From the NCBI GenBank assembly GCA_950097015.1, contig CATNEN010000007.1:8184001-8248000 (forward strand): a stretch of DNA of 64,000 bases, read 5' to 3'. The position numbers were made by a program, and so were the translations under genes. The notes under the pieces are model-generated. The model ran no database searches. It had not been told where the DNA came from and worked only from the letters and a program-made list of their open reading frames with translations. Origin of the DNA: Macrostomum hystrix. Lineage: Eukaryota; Animalia; Platyhelminthes. Below, in pieces: positions 42,601 through 55,900 of the stretch. How positions within the stretch are numbered: the first letter of the stretch is position 1; each line of letters opens with the position of its first letter.

Positions 42601-43719
42601 GGTCTGGCGGCCGATGATCGTGGTGCCGCTTTCCTTCACGATGATGTAGCTGATGCGGGCGCTGACGTCGTAGACGGTTGTTTGCAAGGTGGCCTTGCCC
42701 AATGTCGTCAGCGGCTTGCTGGAGCCGAACGGGAATACTTTTTTTTGGGACTCAACAAGCTGGGCCGCGCTGCCCTCGATGGCCTTGAAGGTCCTGACGT
42801 CCATGAGGTTGCAGGTCGCGCCGCTGTCAATAAGCAGGTCTGTGGCACGACCGTTGATGTCGGCTTTCACGAGCGGCAGCCTCTTTCTCAGAGGGGAGAG
42901 GCTGAAGACCTCGCAGCTACTGTCACTGTCATCGGGTCCCTGCTGTTCGGGCTGCTGCTCCTCGGTGATGGTGTGCACCCTCCTCGAGCCGGACGGTTTG
43001 GACAGACAGGCCTTCGCTAGGTGCCCAACTTTGTTGCAGCTCCGGCAAGTCTTTCCGCGGGCCGCCTCGCAAGTTCTGTGGCCCGGCTCGCCACAGCGGA
43101 TGCATTTGCTGTTTCTGGGCTGCTCCAATCTCGCTGGCCTCTCGATTCGCCGAACCGCATTCACAGAGTCGGACTTGCGGGCTTCGATAGCCGCTGACTG
43201 GAGGTCCGCCGATTCGAAGGCTCTGGCCTGCTGCAGGGAGTCCTGGAGGCCGATGTTCGGTGTCTGCAGCAGCCTGCGGCGCAGCTGGTCTGATTGGCAG
43301 CCGGCAACGATCTGGTCCCTGATGATGGGGTCGCGCTGGGTCTCGAAATCGCAGCCCTCCGCTGCCCTGTACAGCCGCTGCACCCAAGCGTTGATGGACT
43401 CGCCCTGCTGTTGGGTGCAGAACCGGAACTCGTACCGCACGAACACGGGGTTGTGCCTGCTGCTGAAGTGCTCTTTGAAGGCCTTTAGGAGATCGTCGAG
43501 TGACTCGCCTGGTGTGGTCAGCTCTGCGTAGGCTTCGTAAAGCTGTTTACCGCCGACGTATAGCAGAATTTCGCGTTGCTGTTGCGTGTTTGAAATGCCG
43601 CTAGCTGTCACAAAGCACTTAAACCGGCTGGCCCATTCTGCCCACCGCGCCGCGAGATTGTGTGGCTCTTTCTGTGTATCGAAAGGCTCAGGTGGGGGCA
43701 GGTGTAGGGGCACAGACAT
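39646..43719 (-). CDS. Gag-Pol polyprotein (Gag with 2 Zn knuckles, protease, RT, RNase H, integrase), ~1357 aa
   Basis: First ATG at 43719. CIRCGEPGHRTC and CRSCNKVGHLAKAC; LIDSGAT; LDINKAFHQ and WVHDDII; VDASPTGLG/EREALA/TDHKPL; HQGH, IDFTGP, SDNGPPF, NGVTER. PR-RT-RH-IN order is Gypsy type. Confidence 0.96.
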   Translation of the reverse strand: MSVPLHLPPPEPFDTQKEPHNLAARWAEWASRFKCFVTASGISNTQQQREILLYVGGKQLYEAYAELTTPGESLDDLLKAFKEHFSSRHNPVFVRYEFRFCTQQQGESINAWVQRLYRAAEGCDFETQRDPIIRDQIVAGCQSDQLRRRLLQTPNIGLQDSLQQARAFESADLQSAAIEARKSDSVNAVRRIERPARLEQPRNSKCIRCGEPGHRTCEAARGKTCRSCNKVGHLAKACLSKPSGSRRVHTITEEQQPEQQGPDDSDSSCEVFSLSPLRKRLPLVKADINGRATDLLIDSGATCNLMDVRTFKAIEGSAAQLVESQKKVFPFGSSKPLTTLGKATLQTTVYDVSARISYIIVKESGTTIIGRQTSEGLGILRIGPSQPTVCQLTEANKLPKSLNTALETAAAEANDRTLPEQERLANILRAHRQRFEGIGCVKDVEVSIHLREEAVPVCHPPSRVPVHLREAAQRELDEQFAAGIIERVKGPSDWVARMVVVPKSQPGQVRITQDLRDVNKFVVPEKQPIPTFEEVTDEMAGARYFSELDINKAFHQIRVREESRHLLTFSTPKGLMRLTRLCMGFTSASEILQRVMTTVLGGLSGVRWVHDDIIIYARNIKDHNQQLAATLQRLESYNVTLNPAKCRFAVREATFLAMRLSEKGIQPTEDKVSSVQSFRAPKNASEVRSFLGLVAFVSRFIPALADIAKPLRNLTRREAAWTWGAAEDAAFNAVKSSIAASSTLAFFDKQKPTEVIVDASPTGLGAILSQQQPDGSLRPIAYASRALTAVEARYSQTEREALAVKFGCLRFRHYLSGSPGFRVVTDHKPLVHLFKPNSRPPPRIERMALSNQDLVFETTYRPGPSNPSDVLSRQPSGPSAVAAVGESRDTNFINSIAEAATPKGLSLQQIKEATARDEALRAAIAALRGGDWDLRDATLRSLHALKQELSATDGVLLRGHRIVVPEALRQAVLRLAHQGHQGDKKTQARLSAKVWWPGMVGEARRMCDTYLPCQAASHRAAVPAAPLQATPLPPYAWHTLGIDFTGPVQNRHLLVIVDHFSRYPIVISMSSMTAEAVTKQLRKLFATFGRPTQLVSDNGPPFSSQAFRDYLGSNGIQQRLVTPYHPAANGVTERVNRSINKTVRIANIESTDWREALEDWLEAYRNTPHSSTGSTPAELMFQRQVQDVIPSVQQRRQQPRNLASIRARDNEAKQRMARYADDRRRAASHDIRSGDSVLRRRRPAAKTKTPFEPEPWTIDEVKGDSLVLSRGRQTCMRHITDLKLLPAIDQPPTPPPPGGSAPPMEPPAAAAPAAPPETPTALLPAPPLAQPRTAGGHASPPNVSRCPLPRACKISRL

Positions 43720-43721
43720 GA

Positions 43722-43736
43722 CTGCTTGCGATGCCA
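43722..43736 (-). other. Primer-binding site TGGCATCGCAAGCAG (probably tRNA-Ser type)
   Basis: Starts with TGG 1 nt inside the 5' LTR end; the tRNA identity is inferred from Mag-clade TGGC(G/A) PBSs. Confidence 0.75.
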
Positions 43737-43737
43737 C

Positions 43738-43946
43738 TGTAGAGTCTTTGATTTGTGGTCGAAAATATGCTCAACTGAGCGCTGCCCCGCGGGCGACAAT
43801 ATATATTTAATGGATCGATAATTGGGGTGGGGGTACGACAGGTGAGAGTTGAAAGTGCTGAGTGCGCGCACAAGACGTAAGAGGTATTGATTGGCTGGAG
43901 CAAGCTGACGCAATGCGGGGCGAAGTACAAGTACGCAAGTCTTACA
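43738..43946 (-). repeat. 5' LTR (209 bp)
   Basis: TG...CA termini; CCAAT and ATTAAA on the element strand. Confidence 0.97.
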
Positions 43947-46900
43947 CTATCCACCCTGAAATCTAGTTACTTTCCACCCTGAAATCTAGTTACTTTCCAC
44001 CCTGAAATCTAGTCCCTTTCCACCCTGAAATCTAGTTACTTTCCACCCTGAAATCTAGTTACTTTCCACCCTGAAATCTAGTCCCTTTCCACCCTGAAAT
44101 CTAGTTACTTTCCACCCTGAAATCTAGTTACTTTCCACCCTGAAATCTAGTTACTTTCCACCCTGAAATCTAGTTACTTTCCACCCTGAAATCTAGTTAC
44201 TTTCCACCCTGAAATCTAGTCCCTTTCCACCCTGAAATCTAGTTACTTTCCACCCTGAAATCTGGCTACTTTCCACCCTGAAATTTAACCACTTTCCACC
44301 CTGAAATCTAGTCCCTTTCCACCCTGAAATCTAGCTTCTTTCCACCCTGAAATCTAGTTACTTTCCACCCTAAAATCTAACCACTTTCCACCCTGAAATC
44401 TAGCTTCTTTCCACCCTGAAATTTAACCACTTTCCACCCTGAAATTTAACCACTTTCCACCCTGAAATCTAGTCCCTTTCCACCCTGAAATCTAGTTACT
44501 TTCCACCCTGAAATCTAGTTACTTTCCACCCTGAAATCTAGTTACTTTCCACCCTGAAATCTAGTTACTTTCCACCCTGAAATCTAGTTACTTTCCACCC
44601 TGAAATCTAGTTACTTTCCACCCTGAAATCTAGTTACTTTCCACCCTGAAATCTAGTTACTTTCCACCCTGAAATCAAGTCCCTTTCCACCCTGAAATCG
44701 AGTTACTTTCCACCCTGAAATCTGGCTACTTTCCACCCTGAAATTTAACCACTTTCCACCCTGAAATCTAGTCCCTTTCCACCCTGAAATCTAGCTTCTT
44801 TCCACCCTGAAATCTAGTTACTTTCCACCCTAAAATCTAACCACTTTCCACCCTGAAATCTAGCTTCTTTCCACCCTGAAATTTAACCACTTTCCACCCT
44901 GAAATTTAACCACTTTCCACCCTGAAATCTAGTCCCTTTCCACCCTGAAATCTAGTTACTTTCCACCCTGAAATCTAGTTACTTTCCACCCTGAAATCTA
45001 GCTTCTTTCCACCCTGAAATCTAGCTACTTTCCTCCCTGAAATCTAGTAACTTTCCACCCTGAAATCTAGCTTCTTTCCACCCTGAAATCTAGTTACTTT
45101 CCACCCTGAAATCTAGTTACTTTCCACCCTGAAATCTAGTTACTTTCCACCCTGAAATCTAGCTACTTCCCACCCTGAAATTTAACCACTTTCCACCCTG
45201 AAATCTAGTCCCTTTCCACCCTGAAATCTAGTTACTTTCCACCCTGAAATCTAGCTACTTTCCTCCCTGAAATCTAGTTACTTTCCACCCTGAAATCTAG
45301 TTACTTTCCACCCTGAAATCTAGTTACTTTCCACCCTGAAATCTAGTTACTTTCCACCCTGAAATCTAGCTTCTTTCCACCCTGAAATCTAGTTACTTTC
45401 CACCCTGAAATCTGGCTACTTTCCACCCTGAAATTTAACCACTTTTCACCCTGAAATCTAGTCCCTTTCCACCCTGAAATCTAGTTACTTTCCACCCTGA
45501 AATCTAGCTACTTTCCACCCTGAAATCTAACCACTTTCCACCCTGAAATCTAGCTACTTTCCACCCTGAAATCTAACCACTTTCCACCCTGAAATCTAGC
45601 TTCTTTCCACCCTGAAATTTAACCACTTTCCACCCTGAAATTTAACCACTTTCCACCCTGAAATCTAGTCCCTTTCCACCCTGAAATCTAGCTACTTTCC
45701 ACCCTGAAATCTAGTTACTTTCCACCCTGAAATCTAGCTTCTTTCCACCCTGAAATCTAGATACTTTCCACCCTGAAATCTAGTCCCTTTCCACCCTGAA
45801 ATCTAGCTACTTTCCACCCTGAAATCTAGTCCCTTTCCACCCTGAAATCTTGCTACTTTCCACCCTGAAATCTAGTTACTTTCCACCCTGAAATCTAGTT
45901 ACTTTCCACCCTGAAATCTAGTTACTTTCCACCCTGAAATCTAGTCCCTTTTCACCCTGAAATCTAGTCCCTTTCCACCCTGAAATCTAGTTACTTTCCA
46001 CCCTGAAATCTAGTTACTTTCCACCCTGAAATCTAGCTACTTTCCACCCTGAAATCTAGTTACTTTCCACCCTGAAATCTAGCTACTTTCCACCCTGAAA
46101 TCCAACCACTTTCCACCCTGAAATCTAGCTACTTTCCACCCTGAAATCTAACCACTTTCCACCCTGAAATCTAGCTTCTTTCCACCCTGAAATTTAACCA
46201 CTTTCCACCCTGAAATTTAACCACTTTCCACCCTGAAATCTAGTCCCTTTCCACCCTGAAATCTAGTTACTTTCCACCCTGAAATCTAGTTACTTTCCAC
46301 CCTGAAATCTAGCTTCTTTCCACCCTGAAATCTAGTTACTTTCCACCCTGAAATCTAGTCCCTTTCCACCCTGAAATCTAGCTACTTTCCACCCTGAAAT
46401 CTAGTCCCTTTCCACCCTGAAATCTTGCTACTTTCCACCCTGAAATCTAGTTACTTTCCACCCTGAAATCTAGTTACTTTCCACCCTGAAATCTAGTTAC
46501 TTTCCACCCTGAAATCTAGTCCCTTTTCACCCTGAAATCTAGTCCCTTTCCACCCTGAAATCTAGTTACTTTCCACCCTGAAATCTAGTTACTTTCCACC
46601 CTGAAATCTAGTTACTTTCCACCCTGAAATCCAGTTACTTTCCACCCTGAAATCTAGCTTCTTTCCACCCTGAAATCTAGTTACTTTCCACCCTGAAATC
46701 TGGCTACTTTCCACCCTGAAATTTAACCACTTTTCACCCTGAAATCTAGTCCCTTTCCACCCTGAAATCTAGTTACTTTCCACCCTGAAATCTAACCACT
46801 TTCCACCCTGAAATCTAGTTACTTTCCACCCTGAAATCTAGTTACTTTCCACCCTGAAATCTAACCACTTTCCACCCTGAAATCTAGCTTCTTTCCAACC

Positions 46901-49900
46901 TGAAATTTAACCACTTTCCACCCTGAAATCTAGTCCCTTTCCACCCTGAAATCTAGTTACAATCCACCCTGAAATCTAGTTACTTTCCACCCTGAAATCT
47001 AGATTCTTTCCACCCTGAAATCTAGTTACTTTCCACCCTGAAATCTTGCTACTTTCCACCCTGAAATCTAGTTACTTTCCACCCTGAAATCTAGTCCCTT
47101 TCCACCCTGAAATCTAGCTACTTTCCACCCTGAAATCTAGTTACTTTCCACCCTGAAATCTAGTTACTTTCCACCCTGAAATCTAGTTACTTTCCACCCT
47201 GAAATCTAGTTACTTTCCACCCTGAAATCTAGTTACTTTCCACCCTGAAATCTAGTCCCTTTTCATCCTGAAATCTAGTCCCTTTCCACCCTGAAATCTA
47301 GTTACTTTCCACCCTGAAATCTAGTTACTTTCCACCCTGAAATCTAGTTACTTTCCACCCTGAAATCTAGTTACTTTCCACCCTGAAATCTAGCTTCTTT
47401 CCACCCTGAAATCTAGTTACTTTCCACCCTGAAATCTGGCTACTTTCCACCCTGAAATTTAACCACTTTTCACCCTGAAATCTAGTCCCTTTCCACCCTG
47501 AAATCTAGTTACTTTCCACCCTGAAATCTAACCACTTTCCACCCTGAAATCTAGTCCCTTTCCACCCTAAAATCTAGTTACTTTCCACCCTGAAATCTAA
47601 CCACTTTCCACCCTGAAATCTAGCTTCTTTCCACCCTGAAATTTAACCACTTTCCACCCTGAAATCTAGTCCCTTTCCACCCTGAACCTAGCTACTTTCC
47701 ACCCTGAAATCTAGTCCCTTTCCACCCTGAAATCTAGCTACTTTCCACCCTGAAATCTAGCTACTTTCCACCCTGAAATCTAGCTACTTTCCACCCTGAA
47801 ATCTAGTTACTTTCCACCCTAAAATCTAGTTACTTTCCACCCTGAAATCTAGCTTCTTTCCACCCTGAAATTTAACCACTTTCCACCCTGAAATTTAACC
47901 ACTTTCCACCCTGAAATTTAACCCCTTTCCACCCTGAAATCTAGTCCCTTTCCACCCTGAAATCTTGCTACTTTCCACCCTGAAATCTAGTTACTTTCCA
48001 CCCTGAAATCTAGTTACTTTCCACTCTGAAATCTAGCTTCTTTCCACCCTGAAATCTAGTTACTTTCCACCCTCAAATCTGGCTACTTTCCACCCTGAAA
48101 TTTAACCACTTTCCACCCTGAAATCTAGCTACTTTCCACCCTGAAATCTAGTTACTTTCCACCCTGAAATCTAGTTACTTTCCACCCTGAAATCTAGCTT
48201 CTTTCCACCATGAAATTTAACCACTTTCCACCCTGAAATCTAACCACTTTCCACCCTGAAATCTAACCACTTTCCACCCTGAAATCTAGCTTCTTTCCAC
48301 CCTGAAATTTAACCACTTTCCACCCTGAAATCTAACCACTTTCCACCCTGAAATCTAGCTTCTTTCCACCCTGAAATTTAACCACTTTCCACCCTGAAAT
48401 CTAGTCCCTTTCCACCCTGAAATCTAGTTACTTTCCACCCTGAAATCTAGCTACTTTCCACCCTGAAATCTAGTTACTTTCCACCCTGAAATCTAGTTAC
48501 TTTCCACCCTGAAATCTAGTTACTTTCCACCCTGAAATCTAGTTACTTTCCACCCTGAAATCTAGTCCCTTTTCACCCTGAAATCTAGTCCCTTTCCACC
48601 CTGAAATCTAGTTACTTTCCACCCTGAAATCTAGTTACTTTCCACCCTGAAATCTAGTTACTTTCCACCCTGAAATCTAGTTACTTTCCACCCTGAAATC
48701 TAGCTTCTTTCCACCCTGAAATCTAGTTACTTTCCACCCTGAAATCTGGCTACTTTCCACCCTGAAATTTAACCACTTTTCACCCTGAAATCTAGTCCCT
48801 TTCCACCCTGAAATCTAGTCCCTTTCCACCCTGAAATCTAGCTACTTTCCACCCTGAAATCTAGTCCCTTTCCACCCTGAAATCTTGCTACTTTCCACCC
48901 TGAAATCTAGTTACTTTCCACCCTGAAATCTAGTTACTTTCCACCCTGAAATCTAGTTACTTTCCACCCTGAAATCTAGTTACTTTCCACCCTGAAATCT
49001 AGTTACTTTCCACCCTGAAATCTAGTTACTTTCCACCCTGAAATCTAGTTACTTTCCACCCTGAAATCTAGCTACTTTCCACCCTGAAATCTAACCACTT
49101 TCCACCCTGAAATCTAGCTACTTTCCACCCTGAAATCTAACCACTTTCCACCCTGAAATCTAGCTTCTTTCCACCCTGAAATTTAACCACTTTCCACCCT
49201 GAAATTTAACCACTTTCCACCCTGAAATCTAATCCCTTTCCACCCTGAAATCTAGTTACTTTCCACCCTGAAATCTAGTTACTTTCCACCCTGAAATCTA
49301 GCTTCTTTCCACCCTGAAATCTAGTTACTTTCCACCCTGAAATCTAGTCCCTTTCCACCCTGAAATCTAGCTACTTTCCACCCTGAAATCTAGTCCCTTT
49401 CCACCCTGAAATCTTGCTACTTTCCACCCTGAAATCTAGTTACTTTCCACCCTGAAATCTATTTACTTTCCACCCTGAAATCTAGTTACTTTCCACCCTG
49501 AAATCTAGTCCCTTTTCACCCTGAAATCTAGTCCCTTTCCACCCTGAAATCTAGTTACTTTCCACCCTGAAATCTAGTTACTTTCCACCCTGAAATCTAG
49601 TTACTTTCCACCCTGAAATCTAGTTACTTTCCACCCTGAAATCTAGCTTCTTTCCACCCTGAAATCTAGTTACTTTCCACCCTGAAATCTGGCTAATTTC
49701 CACCCTGAAATTTAACCACTTTTCACCCTGAAATCTAGTCCCTTTCCACCCTGAAATCTAGTTACTTTCCACCCTGAAATCTAACCACTTTCCACCCTGA
49801 AATCTAGTCCCTTTCCACCCTGAAATCTAGTTACTTTCCACCCTGAAATCTAACCACTTTCCACCCTGAAATCTAGCTTCTTTCCACCCTGAAATTTAAC

Positions 49901-52900
49901 CACTTTCCACCCTGAAATCTAGTCCCTTTCCACCCTGAAATCTTGCTACTTTCCACCCTGAAATCTAGTTACTTTCCACCCTGAAATCTAGTTACTTTCC
50001 ACCCTGAAATCTAGTTACTTTCCACCCTGAAATCTAGTCCCTTTTCATCCTGAAATCTAGTCCCTTTCCACCCTGAAATCTAGTTACTTTCCACCCTGAA
50101 ATCTAGTTACTTTCCACCCTGAAATCTAGTTACTTTCCCCCCTTAAATCTAGTTACTTTCCACCCTGAAATCTAGCTTCTTTCCACCCTGAAATCTAGTT
50201 ACTTTCCACCCTGAAATCTGGCTACTTTCCACCCTGAAATTTAACCACTTTTCACCCTGAAATCTAGTCCCTTTCCACCCTGAAATCTAGTTACTTTCCA
50301 CCCTGAAATCTAACCACTTTCCACCCTGAAATCTAGTCCCTTTCCACCCTGAAATCTAGTTACTTTCCACCCTGAAATCTAACCACTTTCCACCCTGAAA
50401 TCTAGCTTCTTTCCACCCTGAAATTTAACCACTTTCCACCCTGAAATCTAGTCCCTTTCCACCCTGAACCTAGCTACTTTCCACCCTGAAATCTAGTCCC
50501 TTTCCACCCTGAAATCTAGCTACTTTCCACCCTGAAATCTAGCTACTTTCCACCCTGAAATCTAGCTACTTTCCACCCTGAAATCTAGTTACTTTCCACC
50601 CTGAAATCTAGTTACTTTCCACCCTGAAATCTAGCTTCTTTCCACCCTGAAATCTAGTTACTTTCCACCCTCAAATCTGGCTACTTTCCACCCTGAAATT
50701 TAACCACTTTCCACCCTGAAATCTAGCTACTTTCCACCCTGAAATCTAGTTACTTTCCACCCTGAAATCTAGTTACTTTCCACCCTGAAATCTAGCTTCT
50801 TTCCACCATGAAATTTAACCACTTTCCACCCTGAAATCTAACCACTTTCCACCCTGAAATCTAACCACTTTCCACCCTGAAATCTAGCTTCTTTCCACCC
50901 TGAAATTTAACCACTTTCCACCCTGAAATCTAACCACTTTCCACCCTGAAATCTAGCTTCTTTCCACCCTGAAATTTAACCACTTTCCACCCTGAAATCT
51001 AGTCCCTTTCCACCCTGAAATCTAGTTACTTTCCACCCTGAAATCTAGCTACTTTCCACCCTGAAATCTAGTTACTTTCCACCCTGAAATCTAGTTACTT
51101 TCCACCCTGAAATCTAGTTACTTTCCACCCTGAAATCTAGTTACTTTCCACCCTGAAATCTAGTCCCTTTTCACCCTGAAATCTAGTCCCTTTCCACCCT
51201 GAAATCTAGTTACTTTCCACCCTGAAATCTAGTTACTTTCCACCCTGAAATCTAGTTACTTTCCACCCTGAAATCTAGTTACTTTCCACCCTGAAATCTA
51301 GCTTCTTTCCACCCTGAAATCTAGTTACTTTCCACCCTGAAATCTGGCTACTTTCCACCCTGAAATTTAACCACTTTTCACCCTGAAATCTAGTCCCTTT
51401 CCACCCTGAAATCTAGTCCCTTTCCACCCTGAAATCTAGCTACTTTCCACCCTGAAATCTAGTCCCTTTCCACCCTGAAATCTTGCTACTTTCCACCCTG
51501 AAATCTAGTTACTTTCCACCCTGAAATCTAGTTACTTTCCACCCTGAAATCTAGTTACTTTCCACCCTGAAATCTAGTTACTTTCCACCCTGAAATCTAG
51601 TTACTTTCCACCCTGAAATCTAGTTACTTTCCACCCTGAAATCTAGTTACTTTCCACCCTGAAATCTAGCTACTTTCCACCCTGAAATCTAACCACTTTC
51701 CACCCTGAAATCTAGCTACTTTCCACCCTGAAATCTAACCACTTTCCACCCTGAAATCTAGCTTCTTTCCACCCTGAAATTTAACCACTTTCCACCCTGA
51801 AATTTAACCACTTTCCACCCTGAAATCTAATCCCTTTCCACCCTGAAATCTAGTTACTTTCCACCCTGAAATCTAGTTACTTTCCACCCTGAAATCTAGC
51901 TTCTTTCCACCCTGAAATCTAGTTACTTTCCACCCTGAAATCTAGTCCCTTTCCACCCTGAAATCTAGCTACTTTCCACCCTGAAATCTAGTCCCTTTCC
52001 ACCCTGAAATCTTGCTACTTTCCACCCTGAAATCTAGTTACTTTCCACCCTGAAATCTATTTACTTTCCACCCTGAAATCTAGTTACTTTCCACCCTGAA
52101 ATCTAGTCCCTTTTCACCCTGAAATCTAGTCCCTTTCCACCCTGAAATCTAGTTACTTTCCACCCTGAAATCTAGTTACTTTCCACCCTGAAATCTAGTT
52201 ACTTTCCACCCTGAAATCTAGTTACTTTCCACCCTGAAATCTAGCTTCTTTCCACCCTGAAATCTAGTTACTTTCCACCCTGAAATCTGGCTAATTTCCA
52301 CCCTGAAATTTAACCACTTTTCACCCTGAAATCTAGTCCCTTTCCACCCTGAAATCTAGTTACTTTCCACCCTGAAATCTAACCACTTTCCACCCTGAAA
52401 TCTAGTCCCTTTCCACCCTGAAATCTAGTTACTTTCCACCCTGAAATCTAACCACTTTCCACCCTGAAATCTAGCTTCTTTCCACCCTGAAATTTAACCA
52501 CTTTCCACCCTGAAATCTAGTCCCTTTCCACCCTGAAATCTTGCTACTTTCCACCCTGAAATCTAGTTACTTTCCACCCTGAAATCTAGTTACTTTCCAC
52601 CCTGAAATCTAGTTACTTTCCACCCTGAAATCTAGTTACTTTCCACCCTGAAATCTAGTCCCTTTTCATCCTGAAATCTAGTCCCTTTCCACCCTGAAAT
52701 CTAGTTACTTTCCACCCTGAAATCTAGTTACTTTCCACCCTGAAATCTAGTTACTTTCCACCCTGAAATCTAGTTACTTTCCACCCTGAAATCTAGCTTC
52801 TTTCCACCCTGAAATCTAGTTACTTTCCACCCTGAAATCTGGCTACTTTCCACCCTGAAATTTAACCACTTTTCACCCTGAAATCTAGTCCCTTTCCACC

Positions 52901-55900
52901 CTGAAATCTAGTTACTTTCCACCCTGAAATCTAACCACTTTCCACCCTGAAATCTAGTCCCTTTCCACCCTAAAATCTAGTTACTTTCCACCCTGAAATC
53001 TAACCACTTTCCACCCTGAAATCTAGCTTCTTTCCACCCTGAAATTTAACCACTTTCCACCCTGAAATCTAGTCCCTTTCCACCCTGAACCTAGCTACTT
53101 TCCACCCTGAAATCTAGTCCCTTTCCACCCTGAAATCTAGCTACTTTCCACCCTGAAATCTAGCTACTTTCCACCCTGAAATCTAGCTACTTTCCACCCT
53201 GAAATCTAGTTACTTTCCACCCTAAAATCTAGTTACTTTCCACCCTGAAATCTAGCTTCTTTCCACCCTGAAATTTAACCACTTTCCACCCTGAAATTTA
53301 ACCACTTTCCACCCTGAAATTTAACCCCTTTCCACCCTGAAATCTAGTCCCTTTCCACCCTGAAATCTTGCTACTTTCCACCCTGAAATCTAGTTACTTT
53401 CCACCCTGAAATCTAGTTACTTTCCACTCTGAAATCTAGCTTCTTTCCACCCTGAAATCTAGTTACTTTCCACCCTCAAATCTGGCTACTTTCCACCCTG
53501 AAATTTAACCACTTTCCACCCTGAAATCTAGCTACTTTCCACCCTGAAATCTAGTTACTTTCCACCCTGAAATCTAGTTACTTTCCACCCTGAAATCTAG
53601 CTTCTTTCCACCATGAAATTTAACCACTTTCCACCCTGAAATCTAACCACTTTCCACCCTGAAATCTAACCACTTTCCACCCTGAAATCTAGCTTCTTTC
53701 CACCCTGAAATTTAACCACTTTCCACCCTGAAATCTAACCACTTTCCACCCTGAAATCTAGCTTCTTTCCACCCTGAAATTTAACCACTTTCCACCCTGA
53801 AATCTAGTCCCTTTCCACCCTGAAATCTAGTTACTTTCCACCCTGAAATCTAGCTACTTTCCACCCTGAAATCTAGTTACTTTCCACCCTGAAATCTAGT
53901 TACTTTCCACCCTGAAATCTAGTTACTTTCCACCCTGAAATCTAGTTACTTTCCACCCTGAAATCTAGTCCCTTTTCACCCTGAAATCTAGTCCCTTTCC
54001 ACCCTGAAATCTAGTTACTTTCCACCCTGAAATCTAGTTACTTTCCACCCTGAAATCTAGTTACTTTCCACCCTGAAATCTAGTTACTTTCCACCCTGAA
54101 ATCTAGCTTCTTTCCACCCTGAAATCTAGTTACTTTCCACCCTGAAATCTGGCTACTTTCCACCCTGAAATTTAACCACTTTTCACCCTGAAATCTAGTC
54201 CCTTTCCACCCTGAAATCTAGTCCCTTTCCACCCTGAAATCTAGCTACTTTCCACCCTGAAATCTAGTCCCTTTCCACCCTGAAATCTTGCTACTTTCCA
54301 CCCTGAAATCTAGTTACTTTCCACCCTGAAATCTAGTTACTTTCCACCCTGAAATCTAGTTACTTTCCACCCTGAAATCTAGTTACTTTCCACCCTGAAA
54401 TCTAGTTACTTTCCACCCTGAAATCTAGTTACTTTCCACCCTGAAATCTAGTTACTTTCCACCCTGAAATCTAGCTACTTTCCACCCTGAAATCTAACCA
54501 CTTTCCACCCTGAAATCTAGCTACTTTCCACCCTGAAATCTAACCACTTTCCACCCTGAAATCTAGCTTCTTTCCACCCTGAAATTTAACCACTTTCCAC
54601 CCTGAAATTTAACCACTTTCCACCCTGAAATCTAATCCCTTTCCACCCTGAAATCTAGTTACTTTCCACCCTGAAATCTAGTTACTTTCCACCCTGAAAT
54701 CTAGCTTCTTTCCACCCTGAAATCTAGTTACTTTCCACCCTGAAATCTAGTCCCTTTCCACCCTGAAATCTAGCTACTTTCCACCCTGAAATCTAGTCCC
54801 TTTCCACCCTGAAATCTTGCTACTTTCCACCCTGAAATCTAGTTACTTTCCACCCTGAAATCTATTTACTTTCCACCCTGAAATCTAGTTACTTTCCACC
54901 CTGAAATCTAGTCCCTTTTCACCCTGAAATCTAGTCCCTTTCCACCCTGAAATCTAGTTACTTTCCACCCTGAAATCTAGTTACTTTCCACCCTGAAATC
55001 TAGTTACTTTCCACCCTGAAATCTAGTTACTTTCCACCCTGAAATCTAGCTTCTTTCCACCCTGAAATCTAGTTACTTTCCACCCTGAAATCTGGCTAAT
55101 TTCCACCCTGAAATTTAACCACTTTTCACCCTGAAATCTAGTCCCTTTCCACCCTGAAATCTAGTTACTTTCCACCCTGAAATCTAACCACTTTCCACCC
55201 TGAAATCTAGTCCCTTTCCACCCTGAAATCTAGTTACTTTCCACCCTGAAATCTAACCACTTTCCACCCTGAAATCTAGCTTCTTTCCACCCTGAAATTT
55301 AACCACTTTCCACCCTGAAATCTAGTCCCTTTCCACCCTGAAATCTTGCTACTTTCCACCCTGAAATCTAGTTACTTTCCACCCTGAAATCTAGTTACTT
55401 TCCACCCTGAAATCTAGTTACTTTCCACCCTGAAATCTAGTCCCTTTTCATCCTGAAATCTAGTCCCTTTCCACCCTGAAATCTAGTTACTTTCCACCCT
55501 GAAATCTAGTTACTTTCCACCCTGAAATCTAGTTACTTTCCCCCCTTAAATCTAGTTACTTTCCACCCTGAAATCTAGCTTCTTTCCACCCTGAAATCTA
55601 GTTACTTTCCACCCTGAAATCTGGCTACTTTCCACCCTGAAATTTAACCACTTTTCACCCTGAAATCTAGTCCCTTTCCACCCTGAAATCTAGTTACTTT
55701 CCACCCTGAAATCTAACCACTTTCCACCCTGAAATCTAGTCCCTTTCCACCCTGAAATCTAGTTACTTTCCACCCTGAAATCTAACCACTTTCCACCCTG
55801 AAATCTAGCTTCTTTCCACCCTGAAATTTAACCACTTTCCACCCTGAAATCTAGTCCCTTTCCACCCTGAACCTAGCTACTTTCCACCCTGAAATCTAGT

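Larger units (their letters stand above)
39213..43946 (-). mobile_element. Full-length Ty3/Gypsy LTR retrotransposon, Mag-like, 4734 bp
   Basis: Identical 209-bp LTRs (TGTA...TACA) at 39213-39421 and 43738-43946; 5-bp TSD CTATC (39208-12, 43947-51); PBS TGGCATCGCAAGCAG; PPT GGGAAGGA; single gag-pol ORF. Confidence 0.97.

Noticed and set aside
39893-43810. Plus-strand ORFs inside the retrotransposon
   Set aside because: Antisense shadows of the GC-rich gag-pol ORF.
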